From Vicugna vicugna (taxonomy: Eukaryota): 64,000 nt of DNA. Every line of letters begins with the position of its first letter. Position 1 is the stretch's first letter. This document shows, in pieces, positions 37,561-52,618 of the stretch. Below the pieces are notes generated by a model. The model was not told the origin of the DNA. It worked only from the letters and a program-made list of their open reading frames with translations, and searched no databases. The translations under genes were made by a program, and so were the position numbers. The DNA is taken from the NCBI GenBank assembly GCA_013265495.1, contig MU058844.1, forward strand, positions 440,941 through 504,940. Reading direction: 5' to 3'.

Positions 37561-40414
37561 TTTTTCTAGACTCTGACCTCCTTTAGGTTAAGGACTGCTA
37601 CATCTACCTCATCTTCTTACCCCCAGAGTTTAGCAGTTAAAAGGTTATACAATGACTTAATGTTGAATAAGTGATTTAAAAAATGAGGTTTTATCACAGC
37701 ACAATTGGAAATCTTATCAAGTCTCTGCAGAGACATTTCTAAGTTTTCTTAGAGGAGCCATTTGAAGTTTATTTCCAGATTTACAAATAAGAACAGAGCA
37801 CATCCTATTAGGGACTCCAGTACAACTAATGTGCAAATATTATTTCTAGATAATTGCTTCAAATTGATAAAAGTGATTAATCTCACTGTAGTCTTTTTAA
37901 GTGACAAGGAAGATTAAGTTTCCCTCTGCTTAAAATTCTTCAAAGTTCTGGTTTCTAGTCAGCATTAAAGAAATACTGGTTGATTGGATGTTGGTTCACT
38001 CGAGGCTTTCCCATTTAGTAATTATATGAGGTGAGGCACGAATCAGAACTGTGAAGGAAAGAGGAAGATGCCTGGAACCAACTCACTAAAGGAAGGAAAA
38101 GCAATAGCACAAAACCAGTGGGCACGAGAGTGGGACCACTTGCTTCTGGTTCCAGACCATAGGATTTGGCTGAGAAGATCTTGAGTTCAGGTCTCACATG
38201 TACCAAATTACTATATATAGCTTTTCTCACCTCTTAAATGGACATAGTATAATTTTACCATCTTGTACAAAGCTTAACAAAACAGCTTAGGATACTACAG
38301 TGGATGTGAAATTCCTTTAAAATGAAAGCATTTAAAGAAACATAAGATTAATTTATTGGTAAGGAAATTTTAGTTGGAGATCTCTCTTTTCCCTTACCTC
38401 AAGGAGAAGTAATGTAGAGGGCCAGGTGCTTGAGGAAGATTGTGGATTTTCACATTGTGAGGGAGGGATCTTCATTTAAAAGAAATTCTGCAATAAGTCA
38501 TTTAAACCGGAGAATGCTTTGATCTCCCCCTTTTTGTTAATTAATTAACTTATTAGATTTTTTCAGTTATTTGAGAGGGCCCTAACAGAAAGGGGAACTC
38601 TGACTAAAATGAGAGAGTAGAGAAAGGCCAAATTACAAATGCTAGGTGTTCATTTTCCTGTGTCAGTTCCTCAGTGTTGGGTGCACACCCCAGCCCAAAG
38701 CTCCTTGCTTAGTATTGTCTCACATGTATTATGCATCTGAAATGTGCTTAGGCACTGTTCAAAGCTTAGATCATATCCAGTCAGATCACAGTTGAGATAG
38801 ATGCAAGCTTGTTTTTCCTCTACAGGGCTGGTAAAGACTGGGCTACACTGGTTGGTTCCCTTGGGGATCAGAGTCCAAGTTCAGGTTAATCACTGTTTAG
38901 TTCACTTACCTCAGTGTTGTCTTACCTTGAATTTACACGCAAAGCCATTTCTTATACTATTTTCAAATATTTGGAACCTCAGAGAGGGAAACAATTTAAC
39001 ATTTCCTGTGTAGGATACTTCTTTTACTTGGGTTCCTTTAATGGTGTCCTAGGGTGTCTTGGAGGCAGTGTGATAGGAGTGCCTGCCTGCGTGCGAGCGG
39101 GGAGCTTGCTGCCTTCTTTTGTGACTGACTCACAACGTTACTGTGAAGTAAGCTTCTCTCATGGTAAAACTGATCATGACAAATGATCCCTTCCTGTGTC
39201 TTTCTCATGATAATAACAGTCTTTACTGAGTGTTAGCCAGTGCTGGGTGCTTCTCATGATCTCATGTGAATGATCCCAGTAGTAGCCCTGTGAGGCAGCT
39301 ACTATTAATTGTTTCCACTTTACAGGCAAAGTAACAGGGGGCAGTGTTCTTTTTTTGCAGTGCATGTTCTTAGCCCCTGTGCTGTATTACTGTGAACTTG
39401 TCCCGCTTCTTCTATTACATGATAATTATTTCCTGTGTGTTGTATTCTAACACTGCAGTTTCTTTCCATTTTAAAATGAAAAGGAGCTTTGTTTAAGATA
39501 GAATCTGAAGACATTCTTACAATGAGACATGAAGTGGAAGTTTTGATTAATTTCAAATCACTCAAAGTGATTATTATTTTTTTTTTCCTTTTACCAAAGG
39601 CACAGACTAGAATGGAGTGAGCAAAGTTTGGAAATTAAAAAGCCTTAAGTTAGATTTGAGCTTTAGGGTGAAAAATCCTAAGAAGTGTACATCAATCCAA
39701 CCAGCATTTGCAAAACTTTAGAAGCAGATGGTTTGGCCATTTATAGCCTTCTTTTTTATTGAAATAAATGGTTTTCAGATTTACAACCCATTTTCTATTT
39801 TTTCAGTTCCTGTTTACTGCAGAGCACTTTGTTTCACAGGCATCATATTTATATGCAGTTCTCTGTGGCTAATAAAATTGTTTACTGGGAAGCACACTTC
39901 CTCCTTTCCTTCTTTATCGTTCAGAGAAAGGTATATGCCTAGTGCTTATCTCCTTGGCAAAGGCAATGACTTAACATTTTCACTGACTCCTCCAGGACAG
40001 CATTTTGAACTTCTGTTTCATTCAGAGAGGGTTATTTTTGCTATATAACAATTCTGCATTTTTGTTTGAGGATAAAGGCTAAAAAAAGAATGCCCACGGA
40101 AGAACACATATCAATTAATTGCAATGTATGAATTTTTTTTAACACCTTCATTATGGTATGATTCCTGTACAGTAAACTACACATATTTCAGACGTATATG
40201 GACCTTGTTTTGATCTGGAGTCAAACAAACAACAACAAAAGACATTTAGAAGACTATGTGAACACTGAATATTTTATGTTATTACGCAACTATTGTTACT
40301 TTTGAGGGCTGATCATGTTTAAAAAGAGGAGTTTACCTCTTCCACCAGCAGTGACAGCAGAACTGACAAAGCAGAGAACATCATGGAATAAAGGAAACAA
40401 CAGCAATATGGAAA

Positions 40415-40612
40415 CAATAATAATGATAGCATCTACTGAGTGCTTCCTAGGTGACTGTCTGTGTTCTACCTACTTTACACGTACTCGTTTATTCTTCATC
40501 ATCATGCCCATTTTACAGATGAGAAGATTGAAGCACAGATGAGTTAAGTAACTTACCAGTTCACAAAACTAGAAAGTGGCAATTGAGATAAGAGTTGAAC
40601 TCAGGATTCCAG
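40415..40612 (-). repeat. MIR SINE
   Basis: CCCATTTTACAGATGAGAAGATTGAAGCACAGATGAGTTAAGTAACTT. Confidence 0.75.
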
Positions 40613-42048
40613 AACTATAATTATCATCACAGTGACAAACATTGATGGCAGAGCTAACTACCAGAAGACACAATAGCAATCTCTAATGGATGCGTTACCT
40701 TCAGCTAGAGATCATTGCACGTTTAGATGAAGATAACTGGCAGGTGAATTTGCAGTCAGCTCAAAAGTGTATAGACCTGGGACAAGTCTTAGGCAACTTG
40801 AAAATTTTTTATACGCCTGAAGACTGAATTAAATCTTTGAATGCACAACAGGTTCTTATAAAAAAGTGAAGGAGAATTTGAAGGAAAGTATGTTATGGAA
40901 ATCTAACAAATATGAACAAAAAAAGACAGGAAATTTCTACACTAAACTATTGACAATTGGGTATCTTTTGTGTTGGGATCGTGGGTGACTTAAAATTTCT
41001 TAGTTATGCTTTTCCTCACTTTCCAGCATTTGTACAATGTATATGTATATTACTTTGGAGATTTTTTTTGTTTTAGAAGGAAAATCTTGGAAATGCATCT
41101 GTTTGTAGAGACTAAAGCAGAGGAGGTCTTTAAAGTTTTCTGGCTCTTTGGAAACTCTTTTGATCAGGATTAGAAAAGATCCATACAAGTACATTAATTT
41201 GGTCCTGATAGCTGAGTTTATCTCTCTCTCCCTTATAAGTTAAAAGGAAGTTATTCATTGGTAATTATAAATATCGATTCTAGATTGTGTAGGTGTGCAT
41301 TGTTTTTGTAGCTTTTTCTTTTCTTTTTCTTTTTTTACACTATAGGTTCCTACTAGCAGAAGTCCCTCAAAAGAGGCCTCTAAAGGATCATGAACCTCTT
41401 GAAATTGTACACAAATCTTGTGTGTTTGTGTACATGTATACATTCTTTGGAGAGAATGAGTTCACAGCTTTCATACATATTCAGGGAACCCCTTAAAAGG
41501 ATTAAGAACCACTACCTGAAATGAACCCACCTATAAATCCCAGACAAGGGCAGTGGGAGTCTGAATTTTTTGTTAGGAAGCTAGAGTCAAAGTTGGAATC
41601 AGGTGACACTGTCAGTAATCCAGGTATGGGGTTCAAGAATAAGGTATTATAGTTTTGGGTTGATCATAAGCTTATAAATCAGAATTCAGATATAGGAGCA
41701 GAAACTGGAACCAGGAAAGAAGAACAGAAAGAACACAACACAGGCAGTTTTAGTAAATACCTGTTGCTTAAAAAGGAATTGATCGTAGATTTGGGTAAGA
41801 CAAGAAGTTTTCTAGTAACAATTACATGTTCCGGTATGAGTTAATGCATCTGAGCTAGCAGATAACTGCATGATTACTCCAACTCTCCTTCCTAAGGGGT
41901 CTCACCACACTCTATGAACAATCTACAAGAGATTCAGGGATGATGGGCTCCTTGCTTTCTGTTACTTCGTTACTACTTTCACTACATTTATAAATTATGT
42001 CTGAGGCTTTAAAATCTTCAGGGAGTGAGCACAGAAAAGTGATTATTT

Positions 42049-42050
<2 letters not shown>

Positions 42051-42083
<33 letters not shown>
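42051..42083. repeat. (AAT)11 microsatellite
   Basis: Read directly from the sequence. Confidence 0.95.
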
Positions 42084-42084
<1 letters not shown>

Positions 42085-45000
42085 GAAACCATATCATACA
42101 AATGCAGATTATTGTAGGATCAAGAATGGATGGTTAGTAGGACTGATTTTCATGAAACTTTGCATGAATTTACTTCTATAAGTTCAACACAAACATTGTG
42201 GTAGGCCCTGTGGAGGATACAAAAGAAGTAGAAGACAGAGTTCTTAACCTCAGGATATTTGCAATCTTTTCAGGAAACATGAAGCAGTATAAAGCACTAT
42301 CGTCGTGTAGAGTAGAGCGTTTAACTCAATGTGGTCAGGTGCCAAATTGTAACCACATTCAGAAGCTAGTTGAGGGCTTTTGGAAACTGCTCTTCAAGGG
42401 TAACACACATGTGCATACACCCCTGCACACACATGTGTGCGCACAAGCAACACAGGACCCCGCCCCTCCCTAATGAAAGTAGCTTTCATGATCACTTTCC
42501 CTTTCATTTTTAAAAATAAAATTAGTAATATGGTGTATAGAAGACATGTTCTATTTCAGTTTCATGTTCTCCAAAAGTCTTCTATATTCCAGTTTTCTGT
42601 AAAAGTCACATTATCTTAAAAGGCAAACATCCATGCATAGATGCTTTTCTATTGCTAAATTTTTCAGGCTGAGCCTTTATATATCTAGTCATCAAAGAAA
42701 AAAAGTATTGTTCTTCCTTATTTAACAGAGTTTAATAATGTAGGGTAAATATTCACTTACTTAATTTAAGCCAAGCATAGTGGGTTTTTCTGCATTTAAG
42801 AGACACACTTGCATTTCCTAGTTTTGTTTGCCATTTAAATCTCAACCATAGTTTTTCAAATATAGTACTGTATGTGAAGATTCATCTTTATTGCTTTTAA
42901 CTATCTGGAAAAATGAATGCTGAAGTTATCTTTGGTTCCTACTTCTATGTGGATTAATTAGATAAGAAATTTAAAAAATCCACATTTGAAGAAACTCAGG
43001 GATGTTTCAAGACAGAATACATGAGTATATGCTTGAGGAAAATACTCAGAGTTTATATCCAATTTGAAACTGAAGCACAAAACTGTTTTGAAATATCTGA
43101 TCACAGGAGCACAAGCTATGTCTCCATGGGCTCTCTAACGATATCATTTGCCAAAGCCACTGCGATGTTCTAGTCTGTAGGAAAAGGCTCTCTGGGCCAA
43201 AAGACAAGGCATCTGTGCTCTGGTGGCAGTGCCTTTATTCCCTTCATCTGTTTTCTTCTTTCTGGAGCGGGGTCATAATACCTGCCTACCCATCTCTCAG
43301 GGTTTTGTGAAGACAAACTGATAAAAATTGGAAACATTTTGGGTAAAACAGAACACATTCAAAATTTCAAGATAACTTTCTAAGGAAAAACTTGACTTAA
43401 GTGAAAATCAAATGGAAGTCTAATGATCATAGCATTTCATTTCCCCCAGATTACCAGGGAAATTTCAAGGAAATTAGGTTTTAGGGAGACTGTAAATTCT
43501 GTATCACTTTCAAAGCATTCCTTCCCACTGTGGTGATACCAGCCATGTGGGTTCTGTGAGTAACATCTGCCCCTACTCTGTTGCTGGCAAAGTCTAAAGA
43601 GCATAGGAAAAGATGAATGATTTGTTGGAAAGACACTTAGGGTAAACAGGAGATTGCTATTTACAAATGGTTGTTGAAGTTCTTTGTTTAAGAAAGTGTT
43701 CCACAGAGATTTAGGAACTTGTGGCAAGCTTATCAGACAGTCTAGTCACCATCAAAGGCAGTGACGGGACGAAACCTCTGCGAAGTGTCACATAAGAGCC
43801 TGAGTTTTCTTTTTCCCAACTGCATATCTTTATACCACTTCTCATTTATTTGTACTCCTTGTTCAACAGTCCTCTCTTCTCACAAAGCCTTCCTAGAACT
43901 GGTCCCACCTTCAGGTCAGTAGAGGCTTAAATACATTTTTCTTGAGGAAATTTCAGAATAGTTCCTGCTTCTGTCCATAATCTAGTGATATTGTACCTGT
44001 TTTTCTCAGCTAAAGGAAACCGATGGCTAAAACACTTCCTAAACTTTTGTCTGTTGCTGCCTGCACCTTCTTTGAGGAATTCTTGTTTACTCATCACTAG
44101 TATTGAGAACTTTTAAAAGGGTTAAATCCATATTATTATTCCAAAATATTTGGGAAAAAAACCCCAAATGTCTAGTAATAGAGAAATGATTATATAAATT
44201 ACAGTATCCACTTCAAAGAGTACTATGTAGCTATAAAAAACAATGCTTAGTTTCTAGAAAAAAGGCAAGAGCTTGTTACAAAGTTAGTTTTTTAAGTATA
44301 AAAAGTAAATATAATACAGTCATAATTATATGAAGATCTTTGAGTATAGATGGGGTTTTTTTCTTTACCCTTTCCTGTATTTTCCCAACTTTCTATCATG
44401 AGCAGGTTCATTTTTATGTTAGAGTTGCTTTGTGGTATTTTCCCCCCCGCCAAATCTTACCTACTTTCACATTTGATTAAAAAGAATAAAAGCATGTATA
44501 ATCCAAACCATAATGATTTAAAAAATTCTGGAAGAAACTGGTGTACAATGAGTGAGTTCACTCCAGACCACTCACCTTTAAGTCAGACCTAGAGATCAGC
44601 CTGTTATTTGCAAAGTAGGAAGTGGTGAGGTTACTGTAGCTTTGTGGTTGACTTCATTTAACCTCAGCCACTGTAGGCGTAGCTACCTCGAAAGCCCCCA
44701 TTACTGCCCTCCCCTTCATCCTTCACTACATCTTCCCTTTCCAACTTTCCATTTTATTTTCACACCTCTCCAATGACTTGAATCAATGAACAGGAAGGGA
44801 GGAAAAAGTGAGACAGGTCAAACTTAAAGGTATAGGAAAGATTCTTTTTTCTTTACTTCTATCTCTGCAGGCAGGAGAGGTCCCTTTGGACCAGTTCTGA
44901 GAAATAGAACTATTTCATGTGACTAAGCACTCAACTACTTCAGCCAATGGAGCTTGTGACCCAGTTGTGGGAGTGCAGTTGAGTTCCCTTTTAGTTCTTA

Positions 45001-45529
45001 GAGAGAATTTTAAAAGGCTCTGGAGCATGTACCAGTTTCTTTTTTCCTTTCTTTCTTTTGAACACTAAACATTTATGGCAATGATTAATATTACTCTATT
45101 AACAGTTTGTGAAAATGACCAAGGCTTAAAGCAGCTTTTCTGGAATAAGATTGTTACAGTATCGTATTCAATAAAGGTTTTGTGGGCAGAGACTACATAA
45201 GGGCATAGGGTGGTGCATATTTAGAGGCCCCCTAAAATCTCCATGAGCTCTTCGAGGGCACCTAAAATCAACCAAAAAAAAAAATTGTATTCTGTGATAC
45301 AAACAATACTTTCTCAATCTTATTTAAAATGTTGAGGAGGAAACTGTCTTCAGGAAATTTTGCCTTTGCTGTTTATATAATAGCATATAATTTGTGCAAT
45401 TATAAGAGAAGTCCCCTAAGTACTATCTAGTAGGGAAGCAAAATAAATATTTGTAAGCTGAGAAGGAAAAACAATAACAGATGTATGTCCAGAGTACTAC
45501 TCTCCCTGGGTCTCCAGGAAGGCTGGCAG

Positions 45530-46322
45530 CAGAGGCCTTGAAATGAGAGTTTCCAGGCAAACAGGGAAAGAAGAAGAGGGACCTGTGCTAAGGGAAGGCA
45601 CTGCTGTGTGAAAGAGAATCTTCAGGAAAACTAAAGCTACTTGCTAAGAATAGCTGAAGACGAGGCCAAAGAAGCAGACATCAGCTAACTCAGACTTAAA
45701 TGCAGGCTAGTGAGTTTGGGCTCTATAGACCAGGAGTATCAAAATGACCTCAGAAAGAGTTTTACTGGGCTGGTGCAGATGTTTTAAAATAGTTTTAGGT
45801 TTAAATGCCTTTAATTGAGACAGCTCTTTTCCAATTCCCTGTTGCCCTCTACTTGGCTGTATTAAACCCCATGACTTCGCATATTTAAATACCTGGGAAT
45901 GAAGGCATTTGAGACTGTCTCAAGAAACCTCTGAGTAGACAATGGAGAGCCGTGGAAGAACTGGAATAGGGCAATGGTGTGATCTGATTTGTAATTTAGG
46001 AAGGTCAGGCATGCAGTTAAGTGGAGAACAGGTTTTGTGATGGTGGCACAAACTGGAGGGAAGGGCTAATCAAGAAAGATTTATTCAGAAGATAGACCCT
46101 GTAGGACTTGGTAACTGATTGTAAGTGGAAAATGAAGAAGGAGGTCTAAAATGGCTTCTGGGTTCTTGGTCTGGTAAAGGGGTGGATTAGGATGTCATTC
46201 ACTGAGATGGGGGCTTTGCAAAAGCGGTAATAGAGTGGAGACAATACAGGAATGTTCAATTTGAGACCAGGTAAGTTTGATGGTCCTATGGGACATTTTT
46301 GACAAGCTGTCCAGTGGGCTAG
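45530..46322 (-). mobile_element. LINE-2 fragment interrupted by a hAT-Charlie MITE (about 45730-45920)
   Basis: L2 motifs (GGACTTGGTAACTGATTG, TCATTCACTGAGATGGGG, GTAAGTTTGATGGTCCTATGGGACAT). The nested segment ends in GAAGGCATTTGAG, a Charlie-type terminus. Confidence 0.6.
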
Positions 46323-46323
46323 T

Positions 46324-47234
46324 GTGATGGATCCTGTGGGCATCCTGATTCAGATCCAAGCCAGGTTGTTAGGTGCAAGCTTCTCTTAGTACTGTGTCTG
46401 CCAGCTTCCTTGACTGTGTCCTAAGGAAAGCCTGGATTTCTGTTCTCACTTGTTCCCACCTACCTCAGTTCTCAATTTGTATCTATCCTGCAGGGGTTTT
46501 AAGGAGGAGGAATGTAATTATGTTTCATCTTCTTGTGACTGTTCCCTCCCTTTTCCACCCATCACTAACTGCCCCAGGGTTGTTTGTGTGTTATTGTTAG
46601 GAGGTAATTCTGCCTGCATGGTTAACCACCCAGCAGCCCATGCTGAGATTCGTGGGCTGCATGTGAACATGAGCTGCTACCAGCAAGAGGTGGCAGACAC
46701 CCAGCCTTGGCCGTGAGCACTCCTGGAACAGAAGGCTTCCCTGTCCCATAAAGATGGGCTAATTTTATCTATAATAGGCCTACTAGAGGGGGTGGAGCTC
46801 AGCTAATCTGCTTATGGAATTGAAACTAATGGTAAAACCATTCTTAGAAGCTTGGCTGGACGTATGCCAAAGAACAGCTACTTCTTGGAGCCACCATAAA
46901 GCATTTGTATTGCCTTCAGTTATTTGAAGCCTTCTCCTTTGCTTCTAAGAGGGGTTTGGGTACTATACATAAGATCTACTTAATGCGTGCCTCAAAATGA
47001 CCACATTCTTGGTGTGACTTTAGCATTTGAAGCTGTCTGAAAGATGAATGACCAGTGAGTACAAACCAAGGAGGACCACTATCAGAGATGGATACCCAGT
47101 GATATTACTCCATGGAAAAGCAGTGCACTATGAACCTCAAGGTGGCTCCTTGATGTTTTGGGTAATCTGCACACTACCCGTTGAGGTAGTGGGAAGGAAT
47201 ATCCAGATTAAGGGCAAGAGAGGATCATTGCAAC
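46324..47234. mobile_element. Possible old ERVL-type LTR
   Basis: Begins TGTGATGG where the L2 breaks off and ends ...GCAACA. Composition differs from the flanks. No TSD seen and family not recognised. Confidence 0.3.
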
Positions 47235-47503
47235 ATATTTGAATACATTTGTACATTTGTGTTTATTTTAACTATTACAATGCTGGTTGACAAGTTGGAA
47301 AAAAAAGAAAGTTAAAAAAACCACCCATATCCTACCACCCAAAAATCCCTTCCAAATCCTTTTTTGCAAGTATATACACAAACATTATATTCATTATAAA
47401 GTTGAGATCATGTTGTACATTTAGAGGTTTATTTCCTTATTTAAATTGATGTATAATTTACATAAAATGGAATATATGGCTGTTAAGTGTATCTTTTGAT
47501 GAG

Positions 47504-50500
47504 TTTTTTTTTTATTGATGGATAGTCAGTTTACAATGTGTCAATTTCTGGTGTACAGCATAATAGTTTGGTCATACATACATATATTCATTTTCATATT
47601 CTTTTTCATTATAGATTACTACAAGATATTGAATATAGTTCCCTGTGCTATCCAGTATAAACTTGTTTATCTAGTTTATATATAGTAGTTAGTATCTGCA
47701 AGTCTCGAACTCGCAATTTGTCCCTTCCCACCCCCTTCCCCAACTGGTAACCATTAGTTTATTTTCAATGTCTGTGAGTCTGTTTCTGTTTTGTAAATAA
47801 GTTCATTTGTGTGTTTTTTTTTAAGATTCCGTATATAAGTGATATCATATGGTATTTTTCTGTTCCTTTCTGGCTTACTTCACTTAGAATGACAATCTCC
47901 AGGTCCATCCATGTTGCTGCACATGGCATTATTTTATTATTTTTTATTGCTGAGTAGTATTGCATTGTATGAATATACCACAACTTCTTTGTCCAGTCAT
48001 CTGTTGATAGACATTTAGGTTGTTTCCATGTCTTGGCTATTGTAAATAGTACTGCTATGAACATTGGGGTGCATGTATCTTTTTGAATTAAGGTTCCCTC
48101 TGGATATTTGCCCAGGAGTGGGATTGCTGGATCATATGGTAAGTCTATTTTTAGCTTTTTTGAGAAATCTCCATACTGTTTTTCATAATGGCTGCACCAA
48201 CTTATATTCCCACCAACAGTGTAGGAGGGTTACCCTCTCTAGCATTTATCGTTTGTGGGTTTTTGAATGATGGCCATTCTGACCCATGTGAGGTGATACC
48301 TCATTGTAGTTTTGATTTGCATTTCTCTCATAATTAGTGATATTGAGCATTTTTTCATTGCCTATTGGCTGTTTGTATGTCTTCATTGGAGAATTGCTTG
48401 TTTAGTCATCTGCCCATTTTTGTATTAGGTTTTTTTTTTTCTTATTAGGTTGTATGAGCTGTTTATAAATTCTGGAAATTAAGCCCTGTCAGTCTCATCT
48501 TTTGCAAATATTTTCTTCCATTCTGCAGGTTGTCTTTTTGTTTTGCTTATGGTTTCCTTTGCTGTGTAAAAGCTTATAAGTTTAATTAGGTCCCATTTGT
48601 TTATTAGTCCCATTTGTTTTGCTTTTATTTCTATTGCCTGGGTAGACTGCCCTAGGAGAACATTGCTGAGATTTATGTCAGAGAATGTTTTGCCTATGTT
48701 TTCTTCTAAGAGGTTTATAGTGTCTTGTCTTATGTTTAAGTTTTTAAGCCATTTTGAGTTTATTTTTTGTATATAGTGTGAGGAAGTATTCTAACTTAGT
48801 TGATTTACATGCAACTCTCCAGTTTTCCCAACACCATTTGCTGGAGAGACTGTGTTTACTCCATTGTATGTTCTTGTCTCCTCTCTCAAAGATTAATTGA
48901 CCAGAAGTCTGTGGATTTATTTCTGGGCTCTTTATTCTGTTCCATTAATCTGTATATCTGTTTTTGTACCACTACCATGCTATTTTGATTACTGTAGCTG
49001 TGTAGTATTGTCTGAAGTCTGGGAGGGTTATTCCCCCAGCTTCATTCTTTTTCTTCAATATTACTTTGGCAATTCTGGGTCTTTTTTGATTCCATATAAA
49101 TTTTAGGATTATTTGTTCTAGTTCTGTGAAAAATGTTCTGGCTAATTTGATAGGTATCTCATGAAATCTGTAGATTGCTTTGGATAGTATGGCCATTTTA
49201 ACAATATTAATTCTTCCAACCCAAAAACATGGGATATCTTTCCATTTCTTTAAGTCATCTTTAGTTTCCTTGGTCAATATTTTGTAATTCTCCATGTATA
49301 TATCTTTCATTTCCTTGGTCAGATTTATTCCTAAGTATTTAATTTTTTGGATGCAATTTTAAAAGTGATTATTTCTTTACTTTCTTTTCCTGATATTTCA
49401 TTGTTAGTGTAAGGAAATGCAACTGATTTCTGTATGTTAATCTTGTATCCTGCTACCTTGCTGAATTCTTTTATCAGCTCTAGTAGTTTTTGTGTGGAGC
49501 CTTTAGGGTTTTCTCTATATAGTATCACGTCACCTGCATATAGCGAAAATTTTACCTCTTCTCTTCCAATTTGGATTCCTTTTATTTCTTTTTCTTGTCT
49601 AATTGCTATAGCTAAGACTTCTAATACTATATTGAACAGAAGTGGTGAGAGTGGGCATCTTTATCTTGTGCCGAATTCTATCAGGAAGGTTTTCAACTTT
49701 TCACCATTGATTATTATGCTGGCTGTATGTTTGTCCTAAATAGCTTTTATTATGTTGAGATATGTTCCCTCTGTACCCACTTTGGTTAGAGTTTTTATCA
49801 TAAATGGGATGTTGAATGTTAAATGGGTGTTCAAATGCTTTTTCTGCATCTATTGAGATGATCATGTGATTTTTGTCCTTTCTCTTGTTGATGTGGTGTA
49901 TCACGTTGATTGATTTGCATGTCTTGAACCATCCTTGTATCCCTGGGATGAACCCAAATTGATCATGGCATATAATCTTTTTTATGTGTTGTTGGATTCT
50001 GTTTGCTAATATTTTGTTGAAGATTTTTGCATCTATATTCATCAATGATATTGGCCTATAATTTTCTGTTTTGGTAGTGTCTTTCTCTGGCTTTGGTATC
50101 AGGGTGATGATGACTTCATAGAATGAGTTTGGGAGTGTTCCCTCCTCTCAGTCTTTTGGAAGAGTTTGAGAAGGATCAGTATGAGTTCTTCTTTGTATGT
50201 TTGATAGAATTCCCCAGTGAAGCCATCTGGCCCTGGACTTTTATTTGCAGGGAGGTTTTTTATTGCTGATTCTATTTCACTTCTGGTGATTGGTCTGTTC
50301 ACATGATCTATTTCTTCTTCATTCAGTTTTAGTGGACTATATGTTTCTAGAAACTTGTCCATTTCTTCTGAGTTGTCCAGTTTATTGCCATATAGTGTTC
50401 ATAATATTCTCTCATGATTTTTTGTATTTCTGTGATGTTGATTGTAATTTCTCCATTTTCCTTTCTTATTTTGTTTATTTGTTTCCTCTCTCTTTTCTTC

Positions 50501-52618
50501 TTGGTGAGCCTGGCCAGAGGTTTGTCAATTTTGTCTACTCTTTCAAAAAACCAGCTCTTGGTTTGATTGATTTTTTCAATTGTTTTAAATCTCTATTTTA
50601 TTTATTTCCTCCTGATCTTTATTATTTCTTTCCTTCAGCTGACTTTAGGTTTCATTCGTTCTTCTTTTTCTAATTCTTTTGGGTGGTAGATTAGGTTGTT
50701 TATTTGAGATTGCTCTTTTTTTTTTTTTTTAAAGGAAGGCCTGTAACACTATGAACTTCCCTGTTAGGACTGCTTTTGCTGCATCCCACAGATTTTGTGT
50801 GGTTGTGTTTTCATTGTTGTTTGTCTCAAAGTATTTTTTAATTTCTTCTTTGATTTCATCATTGAGCCCTTGGTTTTTTAGTAGCATGTTGTTTAGTCTC
50901 CTTGTAATTGGTTTTTTCTCATTTGTTTTTCTGTGGTTGATTTCTGGTTTCATGCCATTGTGGTCAGAAAAGATGCTTGAAATAATTTCTGTCCTCTTAA
51001 ACCTATTGAGGCTTCTTTTGTGCCTGAGTATGTGGTCTATCCTAGAGAATGTTCCATAAGCACTTGAAAAGAATGTATATTCTGTTTTGGGGTGATGTAA
51101 TGTCCTAAAAATATCAACCAAGTCCAACTGTTCTATTGTGTTATTTAGTATCTCTGTTGCATTATTGCTTTTTTGTCTGGAAGACCTGTCCAATGATGTT
51201 AGTGGGGTGTTAAATTGTCCTGCTATTATTGTATTCCCATCAATTTCTCCCTTTATGTCTGTTAGTATTTGTTTTATATATTTAGGTGCTCCTATGTTGG
51301 GTGCATACATGTTAATGAATGTAATATCTTCATCTTGTATTGCTCCTTTGATCATTATATGTTGTCCTTCTTTATTTTTTATTTATGGCCTTTGTTTTAA
51401 AGTCTATTTTGTCTAATATGAGTATTGCTACTCCCTCTTTCTTGTCATTAACATTTGCATAAAATATCTTTTTCCATTCTTTCACTTTCAATCTAACGTG
51501 TGTCCTTCACCCTAAAGTGGGTCTCTTGTAGGCAGCGTATTACAGGCTCTTGTTTCATTATCCAATCTGTCACTAAACTGGAGCATTTAGTCCATTGACA
51601 TTTACCATAATTATTGATAGATGTGTGTTTATTACCATTTTGAACTTTGTTTTCAGTTGATTTGTTATTTCTTCTTTGTTCTTTTCTTTTCCTTTTTTGG
51701 TTTTCTTTTCGTGGTTTGATAATTTTCTTTTGTATTAGCTTGGCATCTTTTTGGTGTTTGTGACTCTATTGTATGCTTTTTATTTGTGGTTACCTGTTTT
51801 TCAAGTATGTTAACCCATTACTATATCTATTTGCTTTAGACTGGTAGTCATGTAGGCTCAAACACATCCTAAAAGGAATGAAGAAAACAGCAACAACAAC
51901 AACAAAACAAAAACAAAGAAGAGGAGAAAAAAAAATCTGTATTTTCTTGCTCTCCTCTCTCACTTTTTATGATTTTGATGTCTTTTTGTTTTTACATCTT
52001 CATGTTTATTCTCTCACAATTCCTTGTAGTTATTACATTTGCAATTATGGTTTTCTCATTTCTATAGCTTCCTGCCTTTCAATATTTCTTTTAGGATAGG
52101 TTTAATATTGCTGAATTCTTTTGGTTTTTGCTTTTCTGTGAAATTCCTTATTTCTCCTTTTATTCTAAAGGATAGTCTTGCTGGATAGAGTATCCTAGGT
52201 TGCAGCTTTTTCTCATTAAGAATTTTGAATGTATATTACTACTCCCTTCTGGTCTGCAGTATTGGTATTGAGAAATCAGCTGAAAGCCTTACAGGGATTC
52301 TTTTGTATCTAACTCTTTTTCTCTTGCTGCCTTTAAATCATTTCTTTAACTTTGGCTATCTTAATTGTAATATGTCTTGGTGTAGGTCTGTTGGGACCTT
52401 CTGTATTTCCTGTACTTGGATATCTATTTCCTTCTTTAGGCTTGGGTAGTTTTCAGTCATGATATCTTCAAATACCTTTTCAATGCCCCCTTCTCTTTCT
52501 TCTCCTTCTGGGACCCCAATTATGCATAGGTTGGCATGCTTTATATTATTCCATGGGTCCCTTATATTGCTTTCATTGGTTTTCACTTGCTTTTCTGTCT
52601 GCTGTTCTGATTGGATGA
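47504..52618 (-). mobile_element. Decayed 5'-truncated LINE-1 (about 5.1 kb): partial ORF1 and a frameshifted ORF2
   Basis: Minus-strand ORF pieces: ORF1 (IIGVPEGEERE, 52356-52631), endonuclease (NMYAPN, FNTPL, TFSRIDHI, FSDHNG; 50729-51355), RT region ([58 protein letters not shown]) and C-terminus (WKQPKC). Poly(T) at 47504. Confidence 0.97.

Noticed and set aside
47504..52618. L1 as an active or domesticated RT/endonuclease gene
   Set aside because: ORF2 is broken into many frames, ORF1 is partial and the 5'UTR is missing.
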